Positions 13,001 to 26,500 of a DNA stretch of 64,000 nucleotides are shown here, in pieces; the first letter of the stretch is position 1; every line of letters starts with the position of its first letter. The notes below the pieces were generated by a model. The model saw nothing but the letters and a program-made list of their open reading frames with translations. It did no database searches and had not been told where the DNA came from. The stretch lies in assembly GCF_009914755.1 (NCBI RefSeq), contig NC_060933.1; one strand, given 5' to 3'. The stretch is from the human T2T-CHM13v2.0 reference genome, Homo sapiens. The translations under genes were made by a program, and so were the position numbers.

Positions 13001-16000
13001 ATGGAATGGAATGGTATGGAATAGAATGGAATGGAATGAAATGGAATAGAATGGAATGGAATGGAATGGAATGGAATGAACCCGTGTGCAATGGAATGGA
13101 ATGGAATGGAATGGAATGGATTCAACTCGATTGGAATCAACTCGATTGCAATGGAATGGAATGGAATTGAAAGGAATAGAATGGAATCAACCCGAGTGGA
13201 ATGGAATGGAAAGGACTGGAATGGAGTGGAATGGAATGGAATGGAATTAACCCGAATAGAATGAAATGGAATGGAATGGAATGGAATGGAATGGAATGGA
13301 ATGGAATGGAATGGAATCAACCCGAGTGCAGGGGAATGGAATGGAATGGAATGCAATGGAATGGAATCATCCGGAATGGAATGGAATGGAATGGAATGGA
13401 ATGGAATGGAATCAACTCGATTTCAATGGAAATGGAATGGAATAGAATGGAATGGAATTAACACGAATAGAATGGAATGGAATGGAATTGAATGGAACAG
13501 AAAGGAATGGAATGGAATGGAATGGAATCAACCCAAGTGCAGGGGAATGGAATGGAATGGAATTCAATGGAAAGTAATCATCCGGAATGGAATGGAATGG
13601 AATGGAATGGAATGGAATGGAATCAACCCGAGTGCAATGGAATGGAGAGGAATGGAATGGAAACTACACGAATCGAATGGAATGTAATGGAGTGTAAGGG
13701 AATTGAATAGAATGAATCCGAATGGAATGGAATGGAAAGGAATGGAATGGAATGGAATGGAATGGAATGGAATGCAATGCCATGGAATCAACCCGAGTGC
13801 AATCGAATGGAATCGAATGGAATGGAATGCAATGGAATGGATTCAACTTGAATGGAATGGAAAGAATGGAATCAACACGAGTGGAATGGCATGGATTGGA
13901 ATGGAATGGAATGGAATCAACCCGAGTAAAGGGGAATGGAATGGAATGGAATGAAATGGAATGGAATCATCCGTAATGTAATGGAAAGGAATGGAATGGA
14001 ATGGAATGGAATGGAATCAACTCTATTGCAATCGAATGGAATGGAATGGAATTAACCCGAATAGAATGGAATGGAATGGAATGGAATGGAACGGAACGGA
14101 ACGGAACGGAATGGAATGGAATGGAATGGAATGGAATGGAATGGAATGGAATGCAATGGAATCAACTGATTGCAATGGAATGGAATGGAATGGAATGGAA
14201 TGGAATGGAATGGAATGGAATCAACTCGATTGCAATGGAATGGAATGGAATGGAATTAACCCAAATAGAATGGAATGGTATGGAATGGTACGGAACGGAA
14301 CGGAATGGAATGGAATGGAATGGAATGGAATGGAACGGAAAGGAATGGAATGGAACGGAATGGAATGGAATGGAATGGAATGGAATCAACGCGAGTGCAG
14401 GGGAATGGAATGGAATGGAATGCAATGGAATGGAATCTTCCGGAATGGAATGGAATGGAATGGAATGGAATCAACCCGAGTGCAATGGAATGGAGTGGAA
14501 TGGAATGGAATGGAATGGAACAACCCGAATGGAATGGAATGTAATGGAGAGTAAAGGAGTTGAATAGAATCATTCCGCATGTAATGGAATGGAATGGAAC
14601 GGAATGGAATTGAATGGAATGGAATGGAATGCAATGGAATGGAATCAACCCGAGTGCAATGGAATGGAGAGGAATGGAATGGAATGGAATGGAAACTACC
14701 CGAATGGAATGGAATGTAATGGAGTGTAAGGGAATTGAATAGAATCAATCCGAATGTAATGGAATGGAATGGAACGGAATGGAATGGAATGGAATGGAAT
14801 GGAATGGAATGGAATGGAATCAACCCGAGTGCAATCGAATGGAATCGAATGGAATGCAATACAATGGAATGGATTCAACTTGAATGGAATGGAAAGAATG
14901 GAATCAACACGAGTGGAATGGCATGGATTGGAATGGAATGGAATGGAATCAACCCGAGTACAGGGGAATGGAATGGAATGGAATGCAATGGAATGGAATC
15001 ACCCGTAATGGAATGGAAAGGAATGGAATGGAATGGAATGGAATGGAATGGAATGGAATGGAATGGAATCAACTCGATTGCAATCGAATGGAATGGAATG
15101 GAATTAACCCAAATAGAATGGAATGGAATGGAATGGAACGGAACGGAATGGAATGGAATGGAATGGAATGGAATGGAACGGAACGGAACGGAACGGAATG
15201 GAATGGAATGGAATGGAATGGAAAGGAATCAACGCGAGTGCAGGGGAATGGAATGGAATGGAATGCAATGGAATGGAATCTTCCGGAATGGAATGGAATG
15301 GAATGGAATGGAATGGAATCAACCCGAGTGCAATCGAATGGAGTGGAATGGAATGGAATGGAATGGAACAACCCGAATTGAATGGAATGTAATGGAGAGT
15401 AAGGGAGTTGAATGGAATCAATCCGAAAGTAATGGAATGGTATGGAACGGAATGGAATTGAATGGAATGGAATGGAATGCATGGAATGGATTCAACCCGA
15501 GTTCAACGGAATGGAGAGGAATGGAATGGAATGGAATGGAAACTACCCGAATGGAATGGAATGGAATGGAGTGTAAGGGAATTGAATAGAATCAATCCGA
15601 ATGTAATGGAATGGAATGGAACGGAATGGAATGGAATGGAATGGAATGGAATGGAATGGAATGCAATGGAATGGAATCAACCCGAGTGCAATCGAATGGA
15701 ATCGAATGGAATGGAATGCAATGGAATGGATTCAACTTGAATGGAATGGAAAGAATGGAATCAACACGAGTGGAATGGCATGGATTTGAATGGAATGGAA
15801 TGGAATCAACCCGAGTACAGGGGAATGGAATGGAATGGAATGCAATGGAATGGAATCATCCGTCATGGAATGGAAAGGAATGGAATGGAATGGAATGGAA
15901 TGGAATGGAATCAACTCGATTGCAATCGAATGGAATGGAATGGAATTAACCCGAATAGAATGGAATGGAATGGAATGGAACGGAACGGAATGGAATGGAA

Positions 16001-16510
16001 TGGAATGGAATGGAATGGAACGGAAAGGAAAGGAATGGAATGGAATAGAATGGAATGGAATGGAATCAACGCGAGTGCAGGGGAATGGAATGGAATGGAA
16101 TGCAATGGAATGGAATCTTCCGGAATGGAATGGAATGGAATGGAATGGAATGGAATGGAATCAACCCTAGTGCAATGGAATGGAGTGGAATGGAATGGAA
16201 TGGAATGGAACAACCCGAATGGAATGGAATGAAATGGAGAGTAAGGGAGTTGAATAGAATCAATCCGAATGTAATGGAATGGAATGCAACGGAATGGAAT
16301 GGAATGGAATGGAATGGAATGCAATGGAATGGAATCAACCCGAGTGCAATGGAATGGAGAGGAATGGAATGGAATGGAATGGAAACTACCCGAATGGAAT
16401 GGAATGTAATGGAGTGTAAGGGAATTGAATAGAATCAATCCGAATGTAATGGAATGGAATGGAACGGAATGGAATGGAATGGAATGGAATGGAATGGAAT
16501 GCAATGGAAT

Positions 16511-16660
16511 GGAATCAACCCGAGTGCAATCGAATGGAATCGAATGGAATGGAATGCAATGGAATGGATTCAACTTGAATGGAATGGAAAGAATGGAATC
16601 AACACGAGTGGAATGGCATGGATTGGAATGGAATGGAATGGAATCAACCCGAGTACAGGG
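16511..16660 (+). repeat. Representative pHuR98-like SatIII module (its GAAAGAATGGAATCAACACGAGTGG core recurs roughly 35-40 times in the window)
   Basis: AATCAACCCGAGTGCAATCGAATGGAATCG...GGATTCAACTTGAATGGAATGGAAAGAATGGAATCAACACGAGTGGAATGGCATGGATTGG...CAACCCGAGTACAGG. As I recall it, this matches the chr9 SatIII clone pHuR98 and the RT-PCR primers derived from it; not verified by alignment. Confidence 0.7.
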
Positions 16661-16939
16661 GAATGGAATGGAATGGAATGCAATGGAATGGAATCATCCG
16701 TAATGGAATGGAAAGGAATGGAATGGAATGGAATGGAGTGGAATGGAATGGAATGGAATCAACTCGATTGCAATCGAATGGAATGGAATGGAATTAACCC
16801 GAATAGAATGGAATGGAATGGAATGGAACGGAACGGAATGGAATGGAATGGAATGGAACGGAACGGAATGGAATGGAATGGAATGGAATGGAATCAACGC
16901 GAGTGCAGGGGAATGGAATGGAATGGAATGCAATGGAAT

Positions 16940-16954
16940 GGAAACTTCCGGAAT
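16940..16954. promoter_or_regulatory. Perfect HSE, variant gGAAa-cTTCc-gGAAt (also 26686, 33362, 38630)
   Basis: The variant changes only an 'n' position, so GAA-nn-TTC-nn-GAA stays intact. Confidence 0.55.
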
Positions 16955-19900
16955 GGAATGGAATGGAATGGAATGGAATGAAATGCAATGGATTCAACTC
17001 GATTGCAATGGAATGGAATAGAATGGAATGGAATGGAATGGAATGGAATTAATCCGAATAGAATGGAATGGAATGGAATGGAACGGAATGGAACGGAATG
17101 GAATGGAATGGAATGGAATGGAATGGTATGGAATGGAATGGAATGGTACGGAATAGAATGGAATGGAACGAATTGTAATGGAATGGAATTGAATGGAATG
17201 GAATGGAATGGAATGGAATCAACGCGAGTGCAGGGGAATGTAATGGAACGGAATGCAATGGAATGGAATCATCCGGAATGGAATGGAATGGAATGGAATG
17301 GAATGGAATAAACACGAGTGCAATGGAATGGAGTGGAATGGAATGGAATGGAATGGAACAACCCGAATGGAATGGAATGTAATGGAGAGTAAGGGAGTTG
17401 AATAGAATCAATCCGAATGTAATGGAATGGAATGCAACGGAATGGAATGGAATGGAATGGAATGGAATGCAATGGAATGGAATCAACCCGAGTACAATGG
17501 AATGGAATGGAATGGAATGGAATGGAATGGAATGGAATGGAATGATACGGAATAGAATGGAATGGAACGAAATGGAATGGAACGGAACGGAATGGAATGG
17601 AATGGAATGGAATCGTTCCGAGTGGAATAGGAGGGAATGTATTCGAGTGGAATGGAAAGGAATGGAATCAACCAGAGTGGAATGGAAGGGAATGGAATGG
17701 AATGGAAACTAATAGAATGGAATCAACCCGAGTGGAATAGAATGGAAAGGACTGGAATGGAATGGAATGGAATGGAATCAACTCGTTTGTAATGGAATGG
17801 AATGGAATGGAATGGAATGGAATGGAATTAACCCGAATACAATGGAAGGGAATGGAATGGAATGGAAACTAATAGAATGGAATCAACCCGAGTGGAATGG
17901 AATGGAAAGGACTGGAATGGAATGGAATGCAATGGAATCAACTCGATTGTAATGGAATGGAATGGAATGGAATGGAATTAACCCGAATACAATGGAATGG
18001 AATGCAATGGAATGGAATGGAATGGAGTGGAATGGAATGGAATCAACCCGAATGCAGGGGAATGGAATGGAATGGAATGCAATGGAATGGAATCATCCGG
18101 AATGGAATCGAATGGAATGGAATGCAAAGCAATGGAATCAACTCGATTGCAATGGAATGGAATGGAATGGAAAGGAATACATTGGAATCAACCCGAGTGG
18201 AATGGAATGGAAAGGACTGGAATGGAGTGGAATGGAATGGAATGCAATGGAATGGAATGGAATGGAATCAACTTGATTGGAATGGAATGGAATGGAATGG
18301 AATGGAATGGAATGGAATGGAATCAACCCGACTGCAGGGGAATGGAATGGAATGGAATGCAATGGAATGGATTCAACTTGAATGGAATGGAAAGAATGGA
18401 ATCAACACGAGTGGAATGGCATGGATTGGAATGGAATGGAATGGAATCAACCCGAGTACAGGGGAATGGAATGGAATGGAATGCAATGGAATGGAATCAT
18501 CCGTATTGGAATGGAAAGGAATGGAATGGAATGGAATGGAATGGAATGGAATGGAATGGAATGGAATGGAATCAACTCGATTGCAATCGAATGGAATCGA
18601 ATGGAATGGAATCAACTCGATTGCAATCGAATGGAATGGAATGGAATTAACCCGAATAGAATGGAATGGAATGGAATGGAACGGAACGGAATGGAATGGA
18701 ATGGAATGGAATGGAACGGAACGGAACGGAATGGAATGGAATGGAATGGAATGGAATCAACGCGAGTGCAAGGGAATGGAATGGAATGGAATGCAATGGA
18801 ATGGAATCTTCCGGAATGGAATGGAATTGAATGGAATGGAAAGGAATGGTATGGAATAAACCCGAGTGCAATGGAATGGAGTGGAATGGAATGGAATGGA
18901 ATGGAACAACCCGAATGGAATGGAATGTAATGGAGACTAAGGGAGTTGAATAGAATCAATCCGAATGTAATGGAATGGAATGGAACGGAATGGAATTGAA
19001 TGGAATGGAATGGAATGCAATGGAATGGAATCAACCCGAGTGCAATGGAATGGAGAGGAATGGAATGGAATGGAATGGAAACTACCCGAATGGAATGGAA
19101 TGTAATGGAGTGTAAGGGAATTGAATACAATCAATCCGAATGTAATGGAATGGAATGGAACAGAATGGAATGGAATGGAATGGAATGGAATGGAATGGAA
19201 TGGAATGCAATGGAATGGAATCAACCCGAGTGCAATCGAATGGAATCGAATGGAATGGAATGCAATGGAATGGATTCAACTTGAATGGAATGGAAAGAAT
19301 GGAATCAACACGAGTGGAATGGCATGGATTGGAATGGAATGGAATGGAATCAACCCGAGTACAGGGGAATGGAATGGAATGGAATGCAATGGAATGGAAT
19401 CATCCATAATGGAATGGAAAGGAATGCAATGGAATGGAATGGAATGGAATGGAATGGAATCAACTCGATTGCAATCGAATGGAATGGAATGGAAGTAACC
19501 CGAATAGAATGGAATGGAATGGAATGGAACGGAACGGAATGGAATGGAATGGAATGGAACGGAACGGAATGGAATGGAATGGAATGGAATGGAATCAACG
19601 CGAGTGCAGGGGAATGGAATGGAATGGAATGCAATGGAATGGAAACTTTCGGAATGGAATGGAATGGAATGGAATGGAATCAAATGCAATGGATTCAACT
19701 CGATTGCAATGGAATGGAATAGAATGGAATGGAATGGAATGGAATGGAATTAATCCGAATAGAATGGAATGGAATGGAATGGAACGGAATGGAACGGAAT
19801 GGAATGGAATGGAATGGAATGGAATGGAATGGTATGGAATGGAATGGAATGGTACGGAATAGAATGGAATGGAACGAATTGTAATGGAATGGAATTGAAT

Positions 19901-20580
19901 TGAATGGAATGGAATGGAATGGAATGGAATCAACGCGAGTGCAGGGGAATGTAATGGAACGGAATGCAATGGAATGGAATCATCCGGAATGGAATGGAAT
20001 GGAATGGAATCAACACGAGTGCAATGGAATGGAGTTGAATGGAATGGAATGGAATGGAACAACCCGAATGGAATGGAATGTAATGGAGAGTAAGGGAGTT
20101 GAATAGAATCAATCCGAATGTAATGGAATGGAATGCAACGGAATGGAATGGAATGGAATGGAATGGAATGCAATGGAATGGAATCAACCCGAGTACAATG
20201 GAATGGAATGGAATGGAATGGAATGGAATGGAATGGAATGATACGGAATAGAATGGAATGGAACGAAATGGAATGGAATGGAATGGAATGGAATGGAATG
20301 GAATGGAATGGAATGGAATGGAATCGTTCCGAGTGGAATAGGAGGGAATGTATTCGAGTGGAATGGAAAGGAATGGAATCAACCAGAGTGGAATGGAAGG
20401 GAATGGAATGGAAACTAATAGAATGGAATCAACCCGAGTGGAATAGAATGGAAAGGACTGGAATGGAATGGAATGGAATGGAATGGAATCAACTCGTTTG
20501 TAATGGAATGGAATGGAAAGGAATGGAATGGAATGGAATGGAATTAACCCGAATACAATGGAAGGGAATGGAATGGAATG

Positions 20581-23500
20581 GAAACTAATAGAATGGAATC
20601 AACCCGATTGGAATGGAATGGAAAGGACTGGAATGGAATGGAATGGAATGGAATGGAATGGAATTAACCGGAATAGAATGGAATGGAATGGAATGGAACG
20701 GAATGGAATGGAATGGAAGGGAATGGAATCAACACGAGTGCAGGGGAATGGAATGGAATGGAATGGAATGGAATGGAATGGAATCAACTCCATTGCAATG
20801 GAATGGAATGGAATGGAATGGAATAGAATGGAATGGAATTAACCCGAATAGAATGGAATGCAATAGAATGGAATGCAACGGAACCGAATGGAGTGGAATG
20901 GAATGGAATGGAATCAACCCGAGTACAGGGGAATGGAATGGAATGGAATGCAATGGAATGGAGTAATCCGTAATGGAATGGAAAGGAATGGAATGGAATG
21001 GAATGGAATGGAATGGAATGGAATCAACTCAATGGCAATCGAATGGAATGGAATGGAATTAACCCGAATAGAATGGAATGGAATGGAATGGAACGGAACG
21101 GAATGGAATGGAATGGAATGGAATGGAATGGAACGGAACGGAATGGAATGGAATGGAATCGAATGGAATCAACGCGAGTGCAGGGGAATGGAATGGAATG
21201 GAATGCAATCGAATGGAATCTTCCGGAATGGAATGCAATGGAATGGAATGGAATGAAAGGCAATGGATTCAACTCGATTGCAATGGAATGGAATAGAATG
21301 GAATGGAATGGAATGGAATGGAATTTAATTGAATGGAATGGAATACCTTCAAACCGAATGGAATGGAAAGGAATGGAATCAACACGAGTGGAAAGGAATG
21401 GAATGGAAAGGAATGGAATGGAATGGAATGGTACGGAATAGAATGGAATGGAACGAACTGGAATGGAATGGAATGGAATGGAATGGAATGGAATGGAATG
21501 GAATGGAATCGTTCCGAGTGGAATAGGATGGAATGTATTCGAGTGGAATGGAAAGGAATGGAATCAACCAGAGTGGAATGGAAGGGAATGGAATGGAATG
21601 GAAACTAATAGAATGGAATCAACCCGAGTGGAATGGAATGGAAAGGACTGGAATGGAATGGAATGGAATGGAAGGGAATGGAATCAACTCGATTGTAATG
21701 GAATGGAATGGAATGGAATGGAATGGAATGGAATGGAATGGAATGGAATTAACCCGAATACAATGGAATGGAATGGAATGGAACGGAATGGAGTGGAATG
21801 GAATGGAATCAACCCGAGTGCAGGGGAATGGAATGGAATGGAATGCAATGGAATGGAATCATCCGGAATGGAATGGAATGGAATGGAATGCAAAGCAATG
21901 GAATCAACTCGATTGCAATGGAATGGAATGGAATGGAAAGGAATAGAATGGAATCAACCCGAGTGTAATGGAATGGAAAGGACTGGAATGGAGTGTAATG
22001 CAATGGAATGGAATGGAATGGAATCAACTCGATTGTAATGGAATGGAATGGAATGGAATGGAATGGAATTAACCCGAATAGAATGGAATGGAATGGAATG
22101 GAACGGAACGGAATGGAATGGAATGGAATGGAATGGAATGGAATGGAATGGAATCAACCCGACTGCAGGGGAATGGAATGGAATGGAATGGAATGGAATG
22201 GAATGGAATGGAATCATCCGGAACGGAATGGAATGGAATGGAATGGAATCAAATCGATTGCAATGGAATGGAATGGAATGGAATGGAATCGAATGGAGTG
22301 GAGTGGAATTAACCGGAATAGAATGGAATGGAATGGAATGGAACGGAATGAAATGGAATGGAATGGAATGGAATGGAATGGAATCAACCCGAGTGCAGGG
22401 GAATGGAATGGAATGGAATGCAATGGAATGGAATCATCCGGAATGGAATGGAATGGAATGGAATGCAATCAACCTGATGCAATGGAATGGAGTGGAATGG
22501 AATGGAATGGAATGGAAACATCCCGAATGGAATGGAATGTAATGGAGTGTAAGGGAATTGAATAGAATCAATCCGAATGTAATGGAATGGAATGGAATGA
22601 AATGGAATGGAATGGAATGGAATGGAATCAACCCGAGTGCAATGGAATGGATTCGAATGGAATGGAATGGAATGGAATGGATTCAACAAGAATGGAATGG
22701 AAAGGAATGGAATCAACCCGAGTGTAATGGCATGGAATGGAACGGAATGGAATGGGATGGAATGGAATGGTATGGAATAGAATGGAATGGAATGAAATGG
22801 AATAGAATGGAATGGAATGGAATGGAATGGAATGAACCCGTGTGCAATGGAATGGAATGGAATGGAATGGAATGGATTCAACTCGATTGGAATCAACTCG
22901 ATTGCAATGGAATGGAATGGAATTGAAAGGAATAGAATGGAATCAACCCGAGTGGAATGGAATGGAAAGGACTGGAATGGAGTGGAATGGAATGGAATGG
23001 AATTAACCCGAATAGAATGAAATGGAATGGAATGGAATGGAATGTAATGGAATGGAATGGAATGGAATCAACCCGAGTGCAGGGGAATGGAATGGAATGG
23101 AATGCAATGGAATGGAATCATCCGGAATGGAATGGAATGGAATGGAATGGAATGGAATGGAATCAACTCGATTTCAATGGAAATGGAATGGAATAGAATG
23201 GAATGGAATTAACACGAATAGAATGGAATGGAATGGAATTGAATGGAACAGAAAGGAATGGAATGGAATGGAATGGAATCAACCCAAGTGCAGGGGAATG
23301 GAATGGAATGGAATTCAATGGAAAGTAATCATCCGGAATGGAATGGAATGGAATGGAATGGAATGGAATGGAATCAACCCGAGTGCAATGGAATGGAGAG
23401 GAATGGAATGGAAACTACACGAATCGAATGGAATGTAATGGAGTGTAAGGGAATTGAATAGAATGAATCCGAATGGAATGGAATGGAAAGGAATGGAATG

Positions 23501-26500
23501 GAATGGAATGGAATGGAATGGAATGCAATGCCATGGAATCAACCCGAGTGCAATCGAATGGAATCGAATGGAATGGAATGCAATGGAATGGATTCAACTT
23601 GAATGGAATGGAAAGAATGGAATCAACACGAGTGGAATGGCATGGATTGGAATGGAATGGAATGGAATCAACCCGAGTAAAGGGGAATGGAATGGAATGG
23701 AATGAAATGGAATGGAATCATCCGTAATGTAATGGAAAGGAATGGAATGGAATGGAATGGAATGGAATCAACTCTATTGCAATCGAATGGAATGGAATGG
23801 AATTAACCCGAATAGAATGGAATGGAATGGAATGGAATGGAACGGAACGGAACGGAACGGAATGGAATGGAATGGAATGGAATGGAATGGAATGGAATGG
23901 AATGCAATGGAATCAACTGATTGCAATGGAATGGAATGGAATGGAATGGAATGGAATGGAATGGAATGGAATCAACTCGATTGCAATGGAATGGAATGGA
24001 ATGGAATTAACCCAAATAGAATGGAATGGTATGGAATGGAACGGAACGGAACGGAATGGAATGGAATGGAATGGAATGGAATGGAACGGAAAGGAATGGA
24101 ATGGAACGGAATGGAATGGAATGGAATGGAATGGAATCAACGCGAGTGCAGGGGAATGGAATGGAATGGAATGCAATGGAATGGAATCTTCCGGAATGGA
24201 ATGGAATGGAATGGAATGGAATCAACCCGAGTGCAATGGAATGGAGTGGAATGGAATGGAATGGAATGGAACAACCCGAATGGAATGGAATGTAATGGAG
24301 AGTAAAGGAGTTGAATAGAATCATTCCGCATGTAATGGAATGGAATGGAACGGAATGGAATTGAATGGAATGGAATGGAATGCAATGGAATGGAATCAAC
24401 CCGAGTGCAATGGAATGGAGAGGAATGGAATGGAATGGAATGGAAACTACCCGAATGGAATGGAATGTAATGGAGTGTAAGGGAATTGAATAGAATCAAT
24501 CCGAATGTAATGGAATGGAATGGAACGGAATGGAATGGAATGGAATGGAATGGAATGGAATGGAATGGAATCAACCCGAGTGCAATCGAATGGAATCGAA
24601 TGGAATGCAATACAATGGAATGGATTCAACTTGAATGGAATGGAAAGAATGGAATCAACACGAGTGGAATGGCATGGATTGGAATGGAATGGAATGGAAT
24701 CAACCCGAGTACAGGGGAATGGAATGGAATGGAATGCAATGGAATGGAATCACCCGTAATGGAATGGAAAGGAATGGAATGGAATGGAATGGAATGGAAT
24801 GGAATGGAATGGAATCAACTCGATTGCAATCGAATGGAATGGAATGGAATTAACCCAAATAGAATGGAATGGAATGGAATGGAACGGAACGGAATGGAAT
24901 GGAATGGAATGGAATGGAATGGAACGGAACGGAACGGAACGGAATGGAATGGAATGGAATGGAATGGAAAGGAATCAACGCGAGTGCAGGGGAATGGAAT
25001 GGAATGGAATGCAATGGAATGGAATCTTCCGGAATGGAATGGAATGGAATGGAATGGAATGGAATCAACCCGAGTGCAATCGAATGGAGTGGAATGGAAT
25101 GGAATGGAATGGAACAACCCGAATTGAATGGAATGTAATGGAGAGTAAGGGAGTTGAATGGAATCAATCCGAAAGTAATGGAATGGTATGGAACGGAATG
25201 GAATTGAATGGAATGGAATGGAATGCATGGAATGGATTCAACCCGAGTTCAACGGAATGGAGAGGAATGGAATGGAATGGAATGGAAACTACCCGAATGG
25301 AATGGAATGGAATGGAGTGTAAGGGAATTGAATAGAATCAATCCGAATGTAATGGAATGGAATGGAACGGAATGGAATGGAATGGAATGGAATTGAATGG
25401 AATGGAATGCAATGGAATGGAATCAACCCGAGTGCAATCGAATGGAATCGAATGGAATGGAATGCAATGGAATGGATTCAACTTGAATGGAATGGAAAGA
25501 ATGGAATCAACACGAGTGGAATGGCATGGATTGGAATGGAATGGAATGGAATCAACCCGAGTACAGGGGAATGGAATGGAATGGAATGCAATGGAATGGA
25601 ATCATCCGTCATGGAATGGAAAGGAATGGAATGGAATGGAATGGAATGGAATGGAATCAACTCGATTGCAATCGAATGGAATGGAATGGAATTAACCCGA
25701 ATAGAATGGAATGGAATGGAATGGAACGGAACGGAATGGAATGGAATGGAATGGAATGGAATGGAACGGAAAGGAAAGGAATGGAATGGAATAGAATGGA
25801 ATGGAATGGAATCAACGCGAGTGCAGGGGAATGGAATGGAATGGAATGCAATGGAATGGAATCTTCCGGAATGGAATGGAATGGAATGGAATGGAATGGA
25901 ATGGAATCAACCCTAGTGCAATGGAATGGAGTGGAATGGAATGGAATGGAATGGAACAACCCGAATGGAATGGAATGAAATGGAGAGTAAGGGAGTTGAA
26001 TAGAATCAATCCGAATGTAATGGAATGGAATGCAACGGAATGGAATGGAATGGAATGGAATGGAATGCAATGGAATGGAATCAACCCGAGTGCAATGGAA
26101 TGGAGAGGAATGGAATGGAATGGAATGGAAACTACCCGAATGGAATGGAATGTAATGGAGTGTAAGGGAATTGAATAGAATCAATCCGAATGTAATGGAA
26201 TGGAATGGAACGGAATGGAATGGAATGGAATGGAATGGAATGGAATGCAATGGAATGGAATCAACCCGAGTGCAATCGAATGGAATCGAATGGAATGGAA
26301 TGCAATGGAATGGATTCAACTTGAATGGAATGGAAAGAATGGAATCAACACGAGTGGAATGGCATGGATTGGAATGGAATGGAATGGAATCAACCCGAGT
26401 ACAGGGGAATGGAATGGAATGGAATGCAATGGAATGGAATCATCCGTAATGGAATGGAAAGGAATGGAATGGAATGGAATGGAGTGGAATGGAATGGAAT

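Larger units (their letters stand above)
14000..17000 (+). repeat. ~0.84-kb sub-repeat, 3-4 diverged copies (also at ~23750-26750 and ~35750-38700)
   Basis: CTTCC words at 14437, 15280, 16117, 16945 (spacing 843/837/828). The MEWKEWNQHEW module starts at 14884, 15741, 16579 and again at 35742, 36574, 37426, 38274. Confidence 0.85.
10820..20580 (+). repeat. ~9.75-kb tandem duplication, copy 1
   Basis: ORF twins at offsets 9741-9761 (10862/20613, 11568/21329, 13703/23454, 16579/26325, 19285/29026). Shared private words include TTTAATTGAAT, ATACCTTC, GAAAGTAATC, CATTCCGCAT, GGAGACTAAG, GAAACTTTCG. Confidence 0.95.
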
